From contig CACOZH010000003.1 of NCBI GenBank assembly GCA_902631595.1, forward strand, positions 8,763 through 72,762: a DNA stretch of 64,000 bases. Reading direction: 5' to 3'. Source of the DNA: an uncultured Pelagibacteraceae bacterium. GTDB taxonomy: Bacteria; Pseudomonadota; Alphaproteobacteria; Pelagibacterales; Pelagibacteraceae. Each line of letters starts with the position of its first letter. The stretch's first letter is position 1. The notes under the pieces were generated by a model. The model saw only the letters and a list, made by a program, of their open reading frames with translations, made no database searches and was not told the DNA's origin. Position numbers and translations under genes: made by a program. Of this stretch, positions 1 to 10,393 are shown in pieces.

Positions 1-1006
1 ATTTAAATAATTCTTGATATTGTTTTATTAGGGAATTTTTTGGTTCTAATAAAATTTGAACAAGTGCTTTATTATCTAAGTCTTCTAAAGTAGCTATGAT
101 AGGGAGTCTTCCAACAAATTCAGGTATTAATCCATACTTTAAAAGATCCTCTGGCTCCAAACCTTTCATCCACTCTCCAGTTTTTCTATCTTCAATTGAT
201 TTTACTTTTGCACCAAAACCTATCGACGAGCCTTTATCTCTTTGAGAAATTATTTTATCTAATCCTGCAAACGCACCTCCGCATATGAACAATATATTAG
301 TTGTATCTACTTGTAAAAATTCTTGCTGAGGATGCTTTCTTCCACCTTGTGGAGGAACACTTGCAATAGTGCCTTCCATAATTTTTAGTAATGCTTGTTG
401 AACGCCTTCACCTGAAACATCTCGAGTGATTGACGGATTTTCTGTCTTTCTACTAATTTTATCGACTTCATCAATATATACTATACCTCTTTGAGCTTTT
501 TCAACATTATAGTCGGCTGCCTGTAAAAGTTTCAATATTATATTTTCAACATCTTCTCCAACATAACCTGCTTCGGTTAATGTAGTAGCATCTGCCATTG
601 TAAAAGGTACATCTAAAATTCTTGCTAATGTTTGAGCCAACAATGTTTTTCCACATCCTGTTGGTCCGACTAATAAAATATTTGATTTCGATAATTCAAC
701 ATTTTTTGAAGTTTTATTTTCGTAATTTAATCTTTTGTAATGGTTATGTACTGCAACTGACAAAACTTTTTTTGCATGTTCTTGCCCTATCACATAATCG
801 TCTAGAACTTGGCAAATTTCTTTTGGAGATGGCAACCCATCTTGATGCTTCACAAAATTATCTTTACTCTCTTCTTTAATAATATCCATACAAAGCTCAA
901 CACATTCATCACAAATAAATACCGTAGGTCCTGCAATTAGTTTTCTAACTTCGTGTTGACTTTTTCCGCAGAATGAACAGTAAAGTATGTTTTTATTTGA
1001 GCTCAT
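1..1006 (-). CDS. clpX: ATP-dependent Clp protease ATP-binding subunit ClpX (3' end outside window)
   Basis: Not in the ORF track; manual translation from ATG at 1006 gives [39 protein letters not shown] (C4 zinc finger), then GPTGCGKT Walker A and GGRKHP; directly downstream of clpP. Confidence 0.97.
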   Translation of the reverse strand, partial: MSSNKNILYCSFCGKSQHEVRKLIAGPTVFICDECVELCMDIIKEESKDNFVKHQDGLPSPKEICQVLDDYVIGQEHAKKVLSVAVHNHYKRLNYENKTSKNVELSKSNILLVGPTGCGKTLLAQTLARILDVPFTMADATTLTEAGYVGEDVENIILKLLQAADYNVEKAQRGIVYIDEVDKISRKTENPSITRDVSGEGVQQALLKIMEGTIASVPPQGGRKHPQQEFLQVDTTNILFICGGAFAGLDKIISQRDKGSSIGFGAKVKSIEDRKTGEWMKGLEPEDLLKYGLIPEFVGRLPIIATLEDLDNKALVQILLEPKNSLIKQYQELFK

Positions 1007-1094
1007 AAATTTTATAACGAATCAATAGGCTCATTGTATTACATAATTGCATCTTAGATCAAGCATAGGTTGTTGATAGACTATATATAGATGT

Positions 1095-1703
1095 CTATTC
1101 TCTTTTTGATACAACTTTATCTACTAGCCCGAATTCTTTTGCTGACTCAGGAGTCATAAAATTGTCTCTTTCTAGAGCTGTTTTGATTTCATCAACTGTT
1201 TTTCCAGTATGTTTAGAATAGATTTCGTTCAATCTTTTTTTTAATGAAAGAACTTCATTTGCATGAATTTCAATATCTGTAGCTTGTCCTTGAAAACCTG
1301 CAGATGGTTGATGAACCATTATTCTAGAATTAGGTAACGAAAATCTTTTTCCTTTTGTGCCAGCAGCTAATAAAAAGGATCCCATGCTCGCTGCTTGGCC
1401 TATACATAAAGTTGAAACGTCGGGTTTAATATATTGCATTGTGTCATAGATTCCTAATCCAGAAGTTACTAAGCCTCCTGGGCTGTTAATATATAAAAAT
1501 ATTTCTTTTTTTGGATCTTCTGATTCCAAAAATAATAGCTGAGCAGTCACTACCGATGCAACCTGATCATTAATTGCTCCAACAACAAATACAATTCTTT
1601 CCTTGAGAAGTCTTGAATAAATATCAAAAGCTCTTTCACCTCTGCTGGTTTGCTCAACCACCATAGGTATTAAATTATTCATATATTCATCAATTTTTGC
1701 CAT
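1095..1703 (-). CDS. clpP: Clp protease proteolytic subunit
   Basis: [40 protein letters not shown] motifs. Confidence 0.98.
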   Translation of the reverse strand: MAKIDEYMNNLIPMVVEQTSRGERAFDIYSRLLKERIVFVVGAINDQVASVVTAQLLFLESEDPKKEIFLYINSPGGLVTSGLGIYDTMQYIKPDVSTLCIGQAASMGSFLLAAGTKGKRFSLPNSRIMVHQPSAGFQGQATDIEIHANEVLSLKKRLNEIYSKHTGKTVDEIKTALERDNFMTPESAKEFGLVDKVVSKRE

Positions 1704-1738
1704 GTTAAACGAATCGTTTACTTTTATACAGCTTAGGA

Positions 1739-3172
1739 TTACTTTTTGCTAACTTTTTTTGATTTACTAGGTCTTGTTTTTTTAGAAGTTGTTATTTTTT
1801 TTTGTTTTGGGGCGGGTTTAGTATCTTTTTTCTGATCTTTTTTTTCTTTATTTACTTTACCCACAGTTTGTTTGATAGCTTTCTCATTTTCAGATTTCAA
1901 AATTTTTTCAGCTTCTTCTTTCGAAATTTCTTTAATGTTTGCTTTTGCTTGTTTTTTTATTTCATTTATAATTTTTTCTTCATAAATTGAACCTCTAAGA
2001 CTTGCTATAGCGCTTGGATTTTTTTCATAATAATCCTTTACCATTTTTTCTTGACCAGGCATCATTTGAAATTGCTTTTGTATTTCCATGTTTAATTCTT
2101 GTTCTGTAACATTAATTTTATTTTTTTGTCCATATTCATTTAAAATAAGGCCAGTCTTAATTCTTTTCTTTGCTTTATCCTCAAATTCTTTTTTTTTTTT
2201 ATTAATTTCCTCTTCTTTCATACCATAAGTTAAAACTTTAATTTCTTGATCTATAAGATCTTGTGGAATTGCATCAATTTTAATTTTGTCTATTTGATCT
2301 AAAATTTGATTTTTAGTTAATGTATCTAATGAGTTTTTGTACTCGTCATTAATTTGTTTTGAAATTAATTCTTTCAATCCATTAAGATCTTTTGCTCCTA
2401 AATTTTTTGCAAAATCGTCATCAACCTTTACTTCATGATTTATTTTGATATTTGATATTGTGCATTCAAAAATAGCTTTTTTATTTGCAAAATCTTTTTC
2501 AGGAAAGTTTTCAGGCAGTGTCACTTCAACTTTTTTTGTGTCTTTTTTCTTAACTCCATACAATTGATCATCAAAACCTTTAATAAACAAATCTCTTCCT
2601 AATATGAGTTGAGTATTTTTACCTTCACCTCCCTTAAAATCTATTCCATTTGATGTTGCTTTGAAATCAAATATAACAAGATTTCCTTTTTCTGCCTTAT
2701 GGTTGTCCAAAGCATCTTTAAAATTATTTTGTGTTTTGGCTATTTCTTTAATTCTTTCTTCAGTATGCTTTTTTTCAATTTTAATTTTAAAATCATCAAA
2801 TTTAATATTAGAAAGTTGTTTTGTATCAATTTCAGGCAATTCAGTTACCTTTATGACATATTCAAGCTCTTTACCTTCACCATATTTTTTAAGATCTATT
2901 TTTGGCTGGAGAGCTGGTCTTATTTTATTTTCTTCAAGAGCTTTTGTTGATGTATCTTTTAATACTTTATCGAGAACTTCCCCCATGATTGCATCACCAA
3001 ATTGTCTTTTAAGGATTTCTCTTGGCGCTTTGCCGGGTCTAAAACCTTTTAATGTATAATTTTTTTTTATTTCTTCATATTTTTCATTCAAATATGAATC
3101 CATAGTTTTTTTGTCAATAATGACTTTTAAATCTTTACTTAAACCCTTTTTGTTTTCAATTGTTACTTTCAT
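1739..3172 (-). CDS. tig: Trigger factor
   Basis: GFRPGKAP ribosome-binding motif and FKBP-like domain; start moved to MKVTIENK (3172) because the longer ORF overlaps the tRNA. Confidence 0.96.
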   Translation of the reverse strand: MKVTIENKKGLSKDLKVIIDKKTMDSYLNEKYEEIKKNYTLKGFRPGKAPREILKRQFGDAIMGEVLDKVLKDTSTKALEENKIRPALQPKIDLKKYGEGKELEYVIKVTELPEIDTKQLSNIKFDDFKIKIEKKHTEERIKEIAKTQNNFKDALDNHKAEKGNLVIFDFKATSNGIDFKGGEGKNTQLILGRDLFIKGFDDQLYGVKKKDTKKVEVTLPENFPEKDFANKKAIFECTISNIKINHEVKVDDDFAKNLGAKDLNGLKELISKQINDEYKNSLDTLTKNQILDQIDKIKIDAIPQDLIDQEIKVLTYGMKEEEINKKKKEFEDKAKKRIKTGLILNEYGQKNKINVTEQELNMEIQKQFQMMPGQEKMVKDYYEKNPSAIASLRGSIYEEKIINEIKKQAKANIKEISKEEAEKILKSENEKAIKQTVGKVNKEKKDQKKDTKPAPKQKKITTSKKTRPSKSKKVSKK

Positions 3173-3180
3173 AAATTTTT

Positions 3181-3265
3181 TGGTAGGGCGAAAAGGACTC
3201 GAACCTTCACCGATTGCTCGACTGGTTCCTAAGACCAGCGCGTCTACCAATTCCGCCATCGCCCC
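3181..3265 (-). tRNA. tRNA-Leu (anticodon TAG), CCA encoded
   Basis: Reverse complement GGGGCGATGGCGGAATTGGTAGACGCGCTGGTCTTAGGAACCAGTCGAGCAATCGGTGAAGGTTCGAGTCCTTTTCGCCCTACCA: D-loop, CT-TAG-GA anticodon loop, long variable arm, GTTCGA T-loop. Confidence 0.97.
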
Positions 3266-3352
3266 AGTTTTAATATGGGTTTTATATATTATTGAACTTG
3301 TTTGTCCAATTAGAATAATAGTGTAAATATAGTATAAATTTATAAATTTAAT

Positions 3353-3520
3353 ATGAACAAATCAACTATAGCAATTATAATTTATGTATTAGGGTTAATT
3401 TTTGGAGCTTTAGTTTTAGACCTTTGGAGCGCTGAGACTGGTCCAAAAGCTTTAATCGGTATGATTTGGACCGCACTATTTCTAATTGCTTTATACTTTG
3501 CTGAAACCAGAAATGAATAA
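3353..3520 (+). CDS. Small two-TM membrane protein (55 aa), function unknown
   Basis: Manual translation MNKSTIAIIIYVLGLIFGALVLDLWSAETGPKALIGMIWTALFLIALYFAETRNE; fills the gap between the tRNA and guaC. Confidence 0.7.
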   Translation: MNKSTIAIIIYVLGLIFGALVLDLWSAETGPKALIGMIWTALFLIALYFAETRNE

Positions 3521-3604
3521 ATAACAATTTTAAAAGAGTATAACTTTAAAATTTTTTAATTTATCAGTTGAATATTAATAAATTCGATTATAATTTTCGA
3601 ACTC

Positions 3605-4639
3605 GTGAGAATTGAAGAAGAACTTAAACTGGATTATTCTGACGTGTTATTTAGGCCTAAAAGAAGCACATTATCAAGCCGAAAAGACGTAGATCTTAAT
3701 AGAATCTATAAATTCAAATACAGTAGAAATGAATGGTCAGGGATACCTATAATGGCCGCAAATATGGATGGTGTTGGGGAATTAGGTATAGCTGATGCTC
3801 TTTCGACAAATGATATGATTACATGCTTAACAAAACAACATGATGTAAAAAAAATCTCAAAATATAAAAATTTAAAAAAAAATTACCAAAATATTGCATT
3901 AAGTATCGGGATTAAAAAAGAAGATTTTGATAATCTAGATAAGATTTTAAAAGAGTTCAGTTTCTTTAAATTTATTTGTATTGATGTTGCAAATGGGTAT
4001 TCAGAACACTTTAGCAGTTTTCTTAAAAAAGTAAGGGATAAATATCCTACAAAAACTCTAATTGCAGGGAATGTAGTTACAGCAGACATGACACAAGAAT
4101 TAATTCTTAGTGGTGCAGATATTGTAAAAGTAGGCATTGGTCCTGGGAGTGTTTGCACAACTAGGATTCAAACTGGAGTTGGATACCCACAATTAAGTGC
4201 TGTAATAGAATGTGCTGATGCTGCACATGGTTTGGGGGCACATATAATTGCAGATGGTGGATGTACATGTCCTGGAGATGTTGCAAAAGCATTTGGAGGA
4301 GGTGCAGATTTTGTTATGTTAGGAGGAATGTTTGCTGGTCACGATGAGGGAAGCGGTAAAATAGTAAAATCAAATGGGTCAAAATATATTGAGTTTTATG
4401 GTTCGAGTTCTGATACTGCAAATATAAAACACTATGGTGGTTTATCAAGTTATAGAAGTAGTGAAGGTAGAACGGTTAGAGTAAAGTATAGAGGTAAAAT
4501 AAAAGATACGATTTTAAATATTCTTGGAGGATTAAGAAGTAGCTGTACTTACGTAGGCGCTCCTTCTCTAAAACAACTTAGCAAGTGCACAACTTTCGTG
4601 AGAGTAACAAAGCAATTTAACGATACCTTTGTTAAATAA
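3605..4639 (+). CDS. guaC: GMP reductase
   Basis: MRIEEELKLDYSDVLFRPKRSTLSSR, AANMD, KVGIGPGSVCTTR, ADGGC. Confidence 0.96.
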   Translation: MRIEEELKLDYSDVLFRPKRSTLSSRKDVDLNRIYKFKYSRNEWSGIPIMAANMDGVGELGIADALSTNDMITCLTKQHDVKKISKYKNLKKNYQNIALSIGIKKEDFDNLDKILKEFSFFKFICIDVANGYSEHFSSFLKKVRDKYPTKTLIAGNVVTADMTQELILSGADIVKVGIGPGSVCTTRIQTGVGYPQLSAVIECADAAHGLGAHIIADGGCTCPGDVAKAFGGGADFVMLGGMFAGHDEGSGKIVKSNGSKYIEFYGSSSDTANIKHYGGLSSYRSSEGRTVRVKYRGKIKDTILNILGGLRSSCTYVGAPSLKQLSKCTTFVRVTKQFNDTFVK

Positions 4640-7078
4640 TTAGTTAAGTTTAATTTGAGGATCTTTTAAAGGTTTTAATAATATAGAGGCATTATATTTA
4701 ACTTTTTCAATCTCAACCTCAATTTTTTTATTTATAAGTTGGTCAATTCTTAAATCAGTTGAAACATAACCAAATAACAAATTTTTATTATAATTGAATG
4801 AATAGTTGGCTGATGTAGTATTACCACTAATTTTTCCATCAATGTAAATTGGCTCAAAATGCAATGCAAGAGGTTGACCAGGCTTAGTATTATCTAAAGT
4901 GAGCATAATAAATTTCTTTTTAGTTTTATCTTTATCAATTTTTAATAGTGCTTGTTTTCCAATAAAATCATAATTTTTCTTAAAACTTACTGCGAAATTT
5001 AAACCTGCTTCAAATTGATTTTCCTCTGGAGAAATGTCATGTCCCCAATGCAAAAAACCACTTTCCATTCTTAATATGTCCATCGCATGAGCACCACATA
5101 AAGATAAGTTATAATTTTTTCCAATTTCAATGATTTTATTAAAAATAAGTTTTGCATCTGAACATTTAATATATAATTCGTATCCAACTTCTCCAACATA
5201 TGACAGTCTTTGAACCCATACATCTTTCTTTTCAATTAAAATATTTTGTGAATAACCAAACCTAAGTTGTTCATTGGAAAAATCCTTTTTGGAAATATTA
5301 TTCATTAATTCTCTAGATTTGGGTCCGAATACACCTAAACATACAAAGTCATCAGTTACATCAGTAATATTTGTATTTTCGCTTATATTTTTCTTTATAT
5401 GAAATTTGTCCCTTTCTCGTGTTGCTGCCGCTCCAATAATTCTAAAATAATTTTCACCAATACATACAACAGTTAAGTCTGTTTCGATACCTCCGTCTGA
5501 ATTTAACATTTGTGTGTATGTGCATCTACCAATTTCATTTTTTATATTTGCGGTACATATTTTTTGTAAGTCCTCATAAACATTGTTGCCTTTTAATTCA
5601 AATTTTGAGAATGGCGTTAATTCATAAAGACCTACATTTTTGACTGTATTTTTAGTTTCAAACTCAGCTGAAGGATACCAATTTTGGAAATTGTAACTAT
5701 ACTCATATTCAGCTTTTCCATTCCTAGAGTACCACATAGGTCTTTCGTAACCACCCGCAACACCGAAACATGCTCCGGCTTTTTTTAAATCTTCGTGGTA
5801 TGGTAATAATTTTACATTCCTAGAAGTTTTATGTTGCTTAAATGGCCAATGCATTCCATATAAATCACCTAAAGTTTCTGTAATTCTCTCTGTTATAAAT
5901 TTTAAATTTGAATGAAAGTTTTGAAATCTTTTAATATCATAAATAAATAAATCTTCATTAATGTGCCCATTCATTAACCATTCTGCTGTTACTTTTCCGA
6001 CACCACCCCCACTACCTATTCCAATACTATTCAATCCAGCACATACAAAGAAATTTTTAAAATCTGGCACTTCACCTAATAATGTATTTGTATCTGGTGT
6101 AAATGATTCAGGTCCTGAGAAAAATTTTCTTAAACCAACTTCTCCAAGTACTGGCATTCTTTTCATTGCTGCCTCAAGGTAGGGTTCAAAATGGTCAAAA
6201 TTTTCTGGAAACTCACCAAATGAAAAATTTTCAGGGACTTTATTGTCATTGCTAAATGCAGGTATTGACTTAGTTTCAAAAATTCCAATCAACATTTTCC
6301 CTGCATCCTCTTTTAAATAAAGACAGTCATCAAAATCCCTTAATGTTGGTAAAATTTTTGGTAAATCTTTGATTGGCTCAGTTAAAACATAAAAATGTTC
6401 GGCTGGATATAAAGGTATACTTACGTCATGTTTTTCTCCAAATTGTCTTGACCACATACCAGCTGCTAATACAACATATTCACATTCTATGGTTGAGCCG
6501 TTAACAATTACTCCAGATACTCTCCCATTTTTTTTTATAATTTTTTCAACTGGACTTTTTTCAAAAATTTTCACTCCCTCTTTTCTTGCAGCTTTTGCCA
6601 AGAGATTTGTAACTCCGACTGGATCTGCTTGACCGTCTCCAGGCATAAATATTCCACCCTTTAAATCATTAGTTTTTATTCCAGGAAATTTTTCCTCTGC
6701 TTCTGAAGGTTTTAATATTTCAACATTTACATCATAAAGTTGAGCTGTTGTTGCTTGCCTTTTCAACTCTTGCCACCTATGATTTGTTTGAGCTATTGAC
6801 AAAGCTCCACCTAATTTCATTCCCGAAGAAAAATCTAATTCTTTCTCTAACTTTTTATATAAATCTAAGGTATATTTTCTAATTTTCGTAATACCAGCTG
6901 ATGGCCCTAATTGACTCACTAGTCCAGCAGCATGCCAAGTTGTTCCGGATGTTAACTGATCTCTCTCCAGTAAAATAACATCTTTCCAACCAAATTTTGC
7001 TATATGATATGCGCAAGATGTGCCTGTAACACCACCTCCTATAACCACAACCTTGCAGCTATCAGGAAATTCTACCAT
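4640..7078 (-). CDS. Sarcosine/dimethylglycine dehydrogenase-like FAD oxidoreductase with GcvT folate-binding domain
   Basis: GGGVTG FAD motif, LTSGTTWHAAG (covalent-FAD His), GPESFTPD, GYERP, C-terminal SYVGEVGYEL and LRMESG GcvT motifs. Confidence 0.9.
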   Translation of the reverse strand: MVEFPDSCKVVVIGGGVTGTSCAYHIAKFGWKDVILLERDQLTSGTTWHAAGLVSQLGPSAGITKIRKYTLDLYKKLEKELDFSSGMKLGGALSIAQTNHRWQELKRQATTAQLYDVNVEILKPSEAEEKFPGIKTNDLKGGIFMPGDGQADPVGVTNLLAKAARKEGVKIFEKSPVEKIIKKNGRVSGVIVNGSTIECEYVVLAAGMWSRQFGEKHDVSIPLYPAEHFYVLTEPIKDLPKILPTLRDFDDCLYLKEDAGKMLIGIFETKSIPAFSNDNKVPENFSFGEFPENFDHFEPYLEAAMKRMPVLGEVGLRKFFSGPESFTPDTNTLLGEVPDFKNFFVCAGLNSIGIGSGGGVGKVTAEWLMNGHINEDLFIYDIKRFQNFHSNLKFITERITETLGDLYGMHWPFKQHKTSRNVKLLPYHEDLKKAGACFGVAGGYERPMWYSRNGKAEYEYSYNFQNWYPSAEFETKNTVKNVGLYELTPFSKFELKGNNVYEDLQKICTANIKNEIGRCTYTQMLNSDGGIETDLTVVCIGENYFRIIGAAATRERDKFHIKKNISENTNITDVTDDFVCLGVFGPKSRELMNNISKKDFSNEQLRFGYSQNILIEKKDVWVQRLSYVGEVGYELYIKCSDAKLIFNKIIEIGKNYNLSLCGAHAMDILRMESGFLHWGHDISPEENQFEAGLNFAVSFKKNYDFIGKQALLKIDKDKTKKKFIMLTLDNTKPGQPLALHFEPIYIDGKISGNTTSANYSFNYNKNLLFGYVSTDLRIDQLINKKIEVEIEKVKYNASILLKPLKDPQIKLN

Positions 7079-7081
7079 TAA

Positions 7082-8863
7082 TTAAACTAAAGATTTTTGA
7101 GGTTTCATATCAGATTTATTTATGCCTGCTACCTGAACTGGTTTTTTCATGGCATCTCTTCTGAACGGTTCACCTAATTCTTGATTTAAAATTACTTCAA
7201 CAAAGGTTGTAATACCTTTTTTTTGATCCTCACATCCTCGTTTAATTGCTTTAGTAGTTTCTTCCATAGTTTTTGCTGTAATTCCTTGTAAACCACATGC
7301 ATTTGCAACTTTGGCATAACTTAATTCTGGATCCAATTCTGTTCCAACAAAGTTGTCATCAAACCATAAAATTGAATTTCTTTTTTCAGCACCCCACTGA
7401 TAATTTCTAAAAATCACCATTGTTATTGCTGGCCACTCCTCTCTTGCACAAGAGCTCATTTCATTCATGCTAATTCCAAAAGCACCATCTCCAGCAAAAC
7501 CAACTACAGGTGTATCTGGACAGCCAATTTTTGCACCTAATATAGCTGGAAAACCGTATCCACACGGTCCAAATAAACCTGGCGCTAAATATTTTCTACC
7601 CTTTTCAAAAGTTGGATAAGCGTTTCCAATTGCACAATTATTGCCAATATCGCTTGAGATAATCACATCCTCAGGAAGTGCTGCCTGAATTGCTCTCCAA
7701 GCTTGTCTAGGTGACATTCTATCTTTATCTCTTTCTCTAGCTTCCTTATTCCAAACGGTTCCTGGATCATCATCTTCATGATCCAAACTAGTTAAAGTTT
7801 GTAGCCATGCTGATTTAGTTTGATGAATTAAATTTTTTCTATCTTCTCTATCTTTATCACCTGCATTAGAGGATAATTTTTCAAGTAATTGCGTTGCAAC
7901 CATTTTTGCATCTCCACAAATTCCAACTGTAACTTTTTTAGTTAAACCAATTCTATCTGGATTCATATCTACTTGAATAATTTTTGCATCTTTTGGCCAA
8001 TAATCAATTCCATAACCTGGCAACGTCGAAAAGGGATTAAGTCTTGTACCTAATGCGAGCACAACATCAGCTTTCGATATTAATTCCATAGCAGCTTTTG
8101 ATCCATTATATCCTAAAGGACCAACTGCAAGTGGGTGACTTCCTGGAAAACTATCATTATGTTGATAACCACTGCAAACAGGTGAATTTAATTTTTCAGC
8201 TAGTTTTTTTGTCTCTTCAATTGCATCACCAATAACTACACCTGCTCCAGATAATATTACCGGAAATTTAGCATCTGAAAGATATTTCGCTGCTCTTTCA
8301 ATAGCTTCTTGACCTCCACCTTGTCTTTCAAATCTAACAATGGGAGGAAGTTCGATATCAATTACCTGTGTCCAAAAATCTCTCGGAACATTAATTTGCG
8401 CAGGAGCTGAACCTCTGTGGGCTTTTTCGATTACTCTATTTAATACCTCAGCCATTCTAGATGGATCTCTTACTTCCTCTTGGTAACAAACCATATCTTT
8501 AAACAAATTCATTTGTTCAACTTCTTGAAACCCACCCTGCCCCATAGTTTTATTTGCAGCTTGAGGTGTTACTAAAAGCAATGGCGTATGATTCCAATAA
8601 GCAGTTTTAATTGGGGTAACTAACCCTGTTATACCTGGACCATTTTGTGCAATGACCATTGACATTTTTCCAGTTGCCCTCGTGTATCCATCCGCGATTA
8701 AACCTCCATTAGTTTCATGCGCAACATCCCAAAATGTTATACCTGCTTTTGGAAACAAATCCGAGATAGGCATAAATGCTGATCCAATTATACCGAATGC
8801 ATGTTCTATTCCATGGAATTGAAGAACTTTGATAAACGCTTCTTCAGTAGTCATTTTAGTCAT
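7082..8863 (-). CDS. xsc: Sulfoacetaldehyde acetyltransferase (ThDP)
   Basis: KMTTEEAFIKVLQFHGIEHAFGIIGSA, GDGAFGISMNE, NYQWGAEKRN, ELGEPFRRDAMK. Confidence 0.96.
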   Translation of the reverse strand: MTKMTTEEAFIKVLQFHGIEHAFGIIGSAFMPISDLFPKAGITFWDVAHETNGGLIADGYTRATGKMSMVIAQNGPGITGLVTPIKTAYWNHTPLLLVTPQAANKTMGQGGFQEVEQMNLFKDMVCYQEEVRDPSRMAEVLNRVIEKAHRGSAPAQINVPRDFWTQVIDIELPPIVRFERQGGGQEAIERAAKYLSDAKFPVILSGAGVVIGDAIEETKKLAEKLNSPVCSGYQHNDSFPGSHPLAVGPLGYNGSKAAMELISKADVVLALGTRLNPFSTLPGYGIDYWPKDAKIIQVDMNPDRIGLTKKVTVGICGDAKMVATQLLEKLSSNAGDKDREDRKNLIHQTKSAWLQTLTSLDHEDDDPGTVWNKEARERDKDRMSPRQAWRAIQAALPEDVIISSDIGNNCAIGNAYPTFEKGRKYLAPGLFGPCGYGFPAILGAKIGCPDTPVVGFAGDGAFGISMNEMSSCAREEWPAITMVIFRNYQWGAEKRNSILWFDDNFVGTELDPELSYAKVANACGLQGITAKTMEETTKAIKRGCEDQKKGITTFVEVILNQELGEPFRRDAMKKPVQVAGINKSDMKPQKSLV

Positions 8864-8932
8864 AAATTTTCCTTTAAATATTTTTCTTGCATTTTTAATT
8901 TAAATGCTATTTTTCTATATTTAATTTCAAAA

Positions 8933-9220
8933 ATGGCAAGTACAGATATTATTATACATGATAAAAAAGACAACGTTGGAGTAGTTGTTATTGAAAAAGT
9001 CGCACCAAATCAAACTTGTAATTGTTGGATTATGGAGGGAGACGGATCAACAACTGTAAATGCGAAAAACGAAGTCCCCTTAGGTCATAAAGTGGCCCTC
9101 GAAGATTTAAATGAAGGTGATACGATAATTAAATATGGACACGATATTGGTAAAGTAGTCAAACCAATCAAAAAAGGGGAGCACGTTCATGTTCATAATG
9201 TTAAAACAAAAAAATGGTAA
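8933..9220 (+). CDS. suyA: SAF-domain small subunit of UxaA-family lyase, probable (R)-sulfolactate sulfo-lyase alpha subunit
   Basis: HDKKDNVGVV, VPLGHKVAL, IIKYGHDIG, GEHVHVHN; start at MASTD (8933); paired with suyB next to xsc/tauE. Confidence 0.8.
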   Translation: MASTDIIIHDKKDNVGVVVIEKVAPNQTCNCWIMEGDGSTTVNAKNEVPLGHKVALEDLNEGDTIIKYGHDIGKVVKPIKKGEHVHVHNVKTKKW

Positions 9221-9225
9221 TTTAG

Positions 9226-10392
9226 ATGGAAATTCCAAAAAGTTTTCTAGGATATAAAAGAGAAAATGGAAGAGTCGGAACTAGAAATCACGTAATTATT
9301 TTACCAGTTGATGACATTTCTAACGCTTGTGCTGAAGCAGTATCAAATAATATAAAGGGCACAATTGCTCTTCCTCATTCTTATGGAAGATTGCAATTTG
9401 GTGCAGATTTGGAATTACATTTTAGAACAATGATAGGTACAGCAAAAAACCCCAATGTAGCCGCTGCAATCATTATTGGAATTGAGCCAAAATGGACAAA
9501 AAGAATTGTAGATGAAGTTTCAAAAACTGGAAAGCCAGTTGAAGGATTTAGCATAGAGGGTGCAGGTGATATTGAAACTATAATGAAAGCATCAAAAAAA
9601 GCACAAGAATTTTCAATCTGGGCATCTGAAAAACAAAGAGAGGAATGTCCTATAAGCGATTTATGGATTTCAGTTAAATGTGGAGAGTCAGATACAACAT
9701 CTGGTCTAGCATCAAATCCTACTGTTGGAAATTTAATGGATAAACTTGAGCCCCATGGAGTACATTTATGTTTTGGTGAAACATCAGAATTAACTGGAGC
9801 AGAGAGCGTTTGTGCCAAAAGAGGAAAAACAAAAGAAGCTCAAGATAAATTTATGAAAACCTGGAATGATTATAACGATTTTATACTCAAAGAGGCAACG
9901 GACGACCTTTCAGAAAGCCAACCAACAGCTGGCAATATAGCGGGTGGATTAACTACGATTGAAGAAAAAGCATTTGGTAATTTTCAAAAAATTGGATCAA
10001 GGAAATTTATCGATGTTTTAACTCCAGCGGAGGAACCAACCAAAGGTCCTGGACTATATTTCATGGATACCTCTTCAGCAGCAGCTGAATGCGTAACTTT
10101 ACAAGCGGCCGGAGGTTTTAATATTCATTTGTTTCCAACAGGCCAAGGAAATATAATTGGAAATCCAATTGAACCTGTGATTAAACTTACCGCAAATCCT
10201 TTAACTGCAGTTAAAATGAGTGAGCATATTGATGTGGACGTTTCAAAAATTCTTTCAAGAGAGATGAATTTAGATCAAGCAGGAGATGAATTAATTAAAG
10301 CAACATTAAAGATTGCAAATGGTAGACTTACTTGCGCAGAGGCATTAGGCCATAAAGAATTTGTAATGACAAAACTTTATAGAAGTGCATAA
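9226..10392 (+). CDS. suyB: UxaA-family lyase large subunit, probable (R)-sulfolactate sulfo-lyase beta subunit
   Basis: [60 protein letters not shown]-terminal TKLYRSA; sulfonate context. Confidence 0.85.
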   Translation: MEIPKSFLGYKRENGRVGTRNHVIILPVDDISNACAEAVSNNIKGTIALPHSYGRLQFGADLELHFRTMIGTAKNPNVAAAIIIGIEPKWTKRIVDEVSKTGKPVEGFSIEGAGDIETIMKASKKAQEFSIWASEKQREECPISDLWISVKCGESDTTSGLASNPTVGNLMDKLEPHGVHLCFGETSELTGAESVCAKRGKTKEAQDKFMKTWNDYNDFILKEATDDLSESQPTAGNIAGGLTTIEEKAFGNFQKIGSRKFIDVLTPAEEPTKGPGLYFMDTSSAAAECVTLQAAGGFNIHLFPTGQGNIIGNPIEPVIKLTANPLTAVKMSEHIDVDVSKILSREMNLDQAGDELIKATLKIANGRLTCAEALGHKEFVMTKLYRSA

Positions 10393-10393
10393 T

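Noticed and set aside
622-879. 85-aa plus-strand ORF
   Set aside because: Antisense shadow of clpX
3173-3259. N-terminal extension of the tig ORF (MAELVDALVLGTS...)
   Set aside because: It is the tRNA-Leu sequence read as protein; the real start is at 3172
1802-3326. Several plus-strand Phe/Ile-rich ORFs
   Set aside because: Antisense shadows of Lys-rich tig and the tRNA; the same applies to similar short antisense ORFs across the window
3181-3604. Integrative element at tRNA-Leu
   Set aside because: No integrase, no duplicated tRNA 3' end seen, and flanking genes are housekeeping
4640-7078. DMSP demethylase DmdA or glycine cleavage T protein
   Set aside because: It is 812 aa with an N-terminal FAD domain; DmdA and GcvT are about 370 aa and lack it
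8801-8932. Long N-terminus of the SAF-domain ORF
   Set aside because: Overlaps the xsc start on the other strand; the recognisable domain begins at 8933
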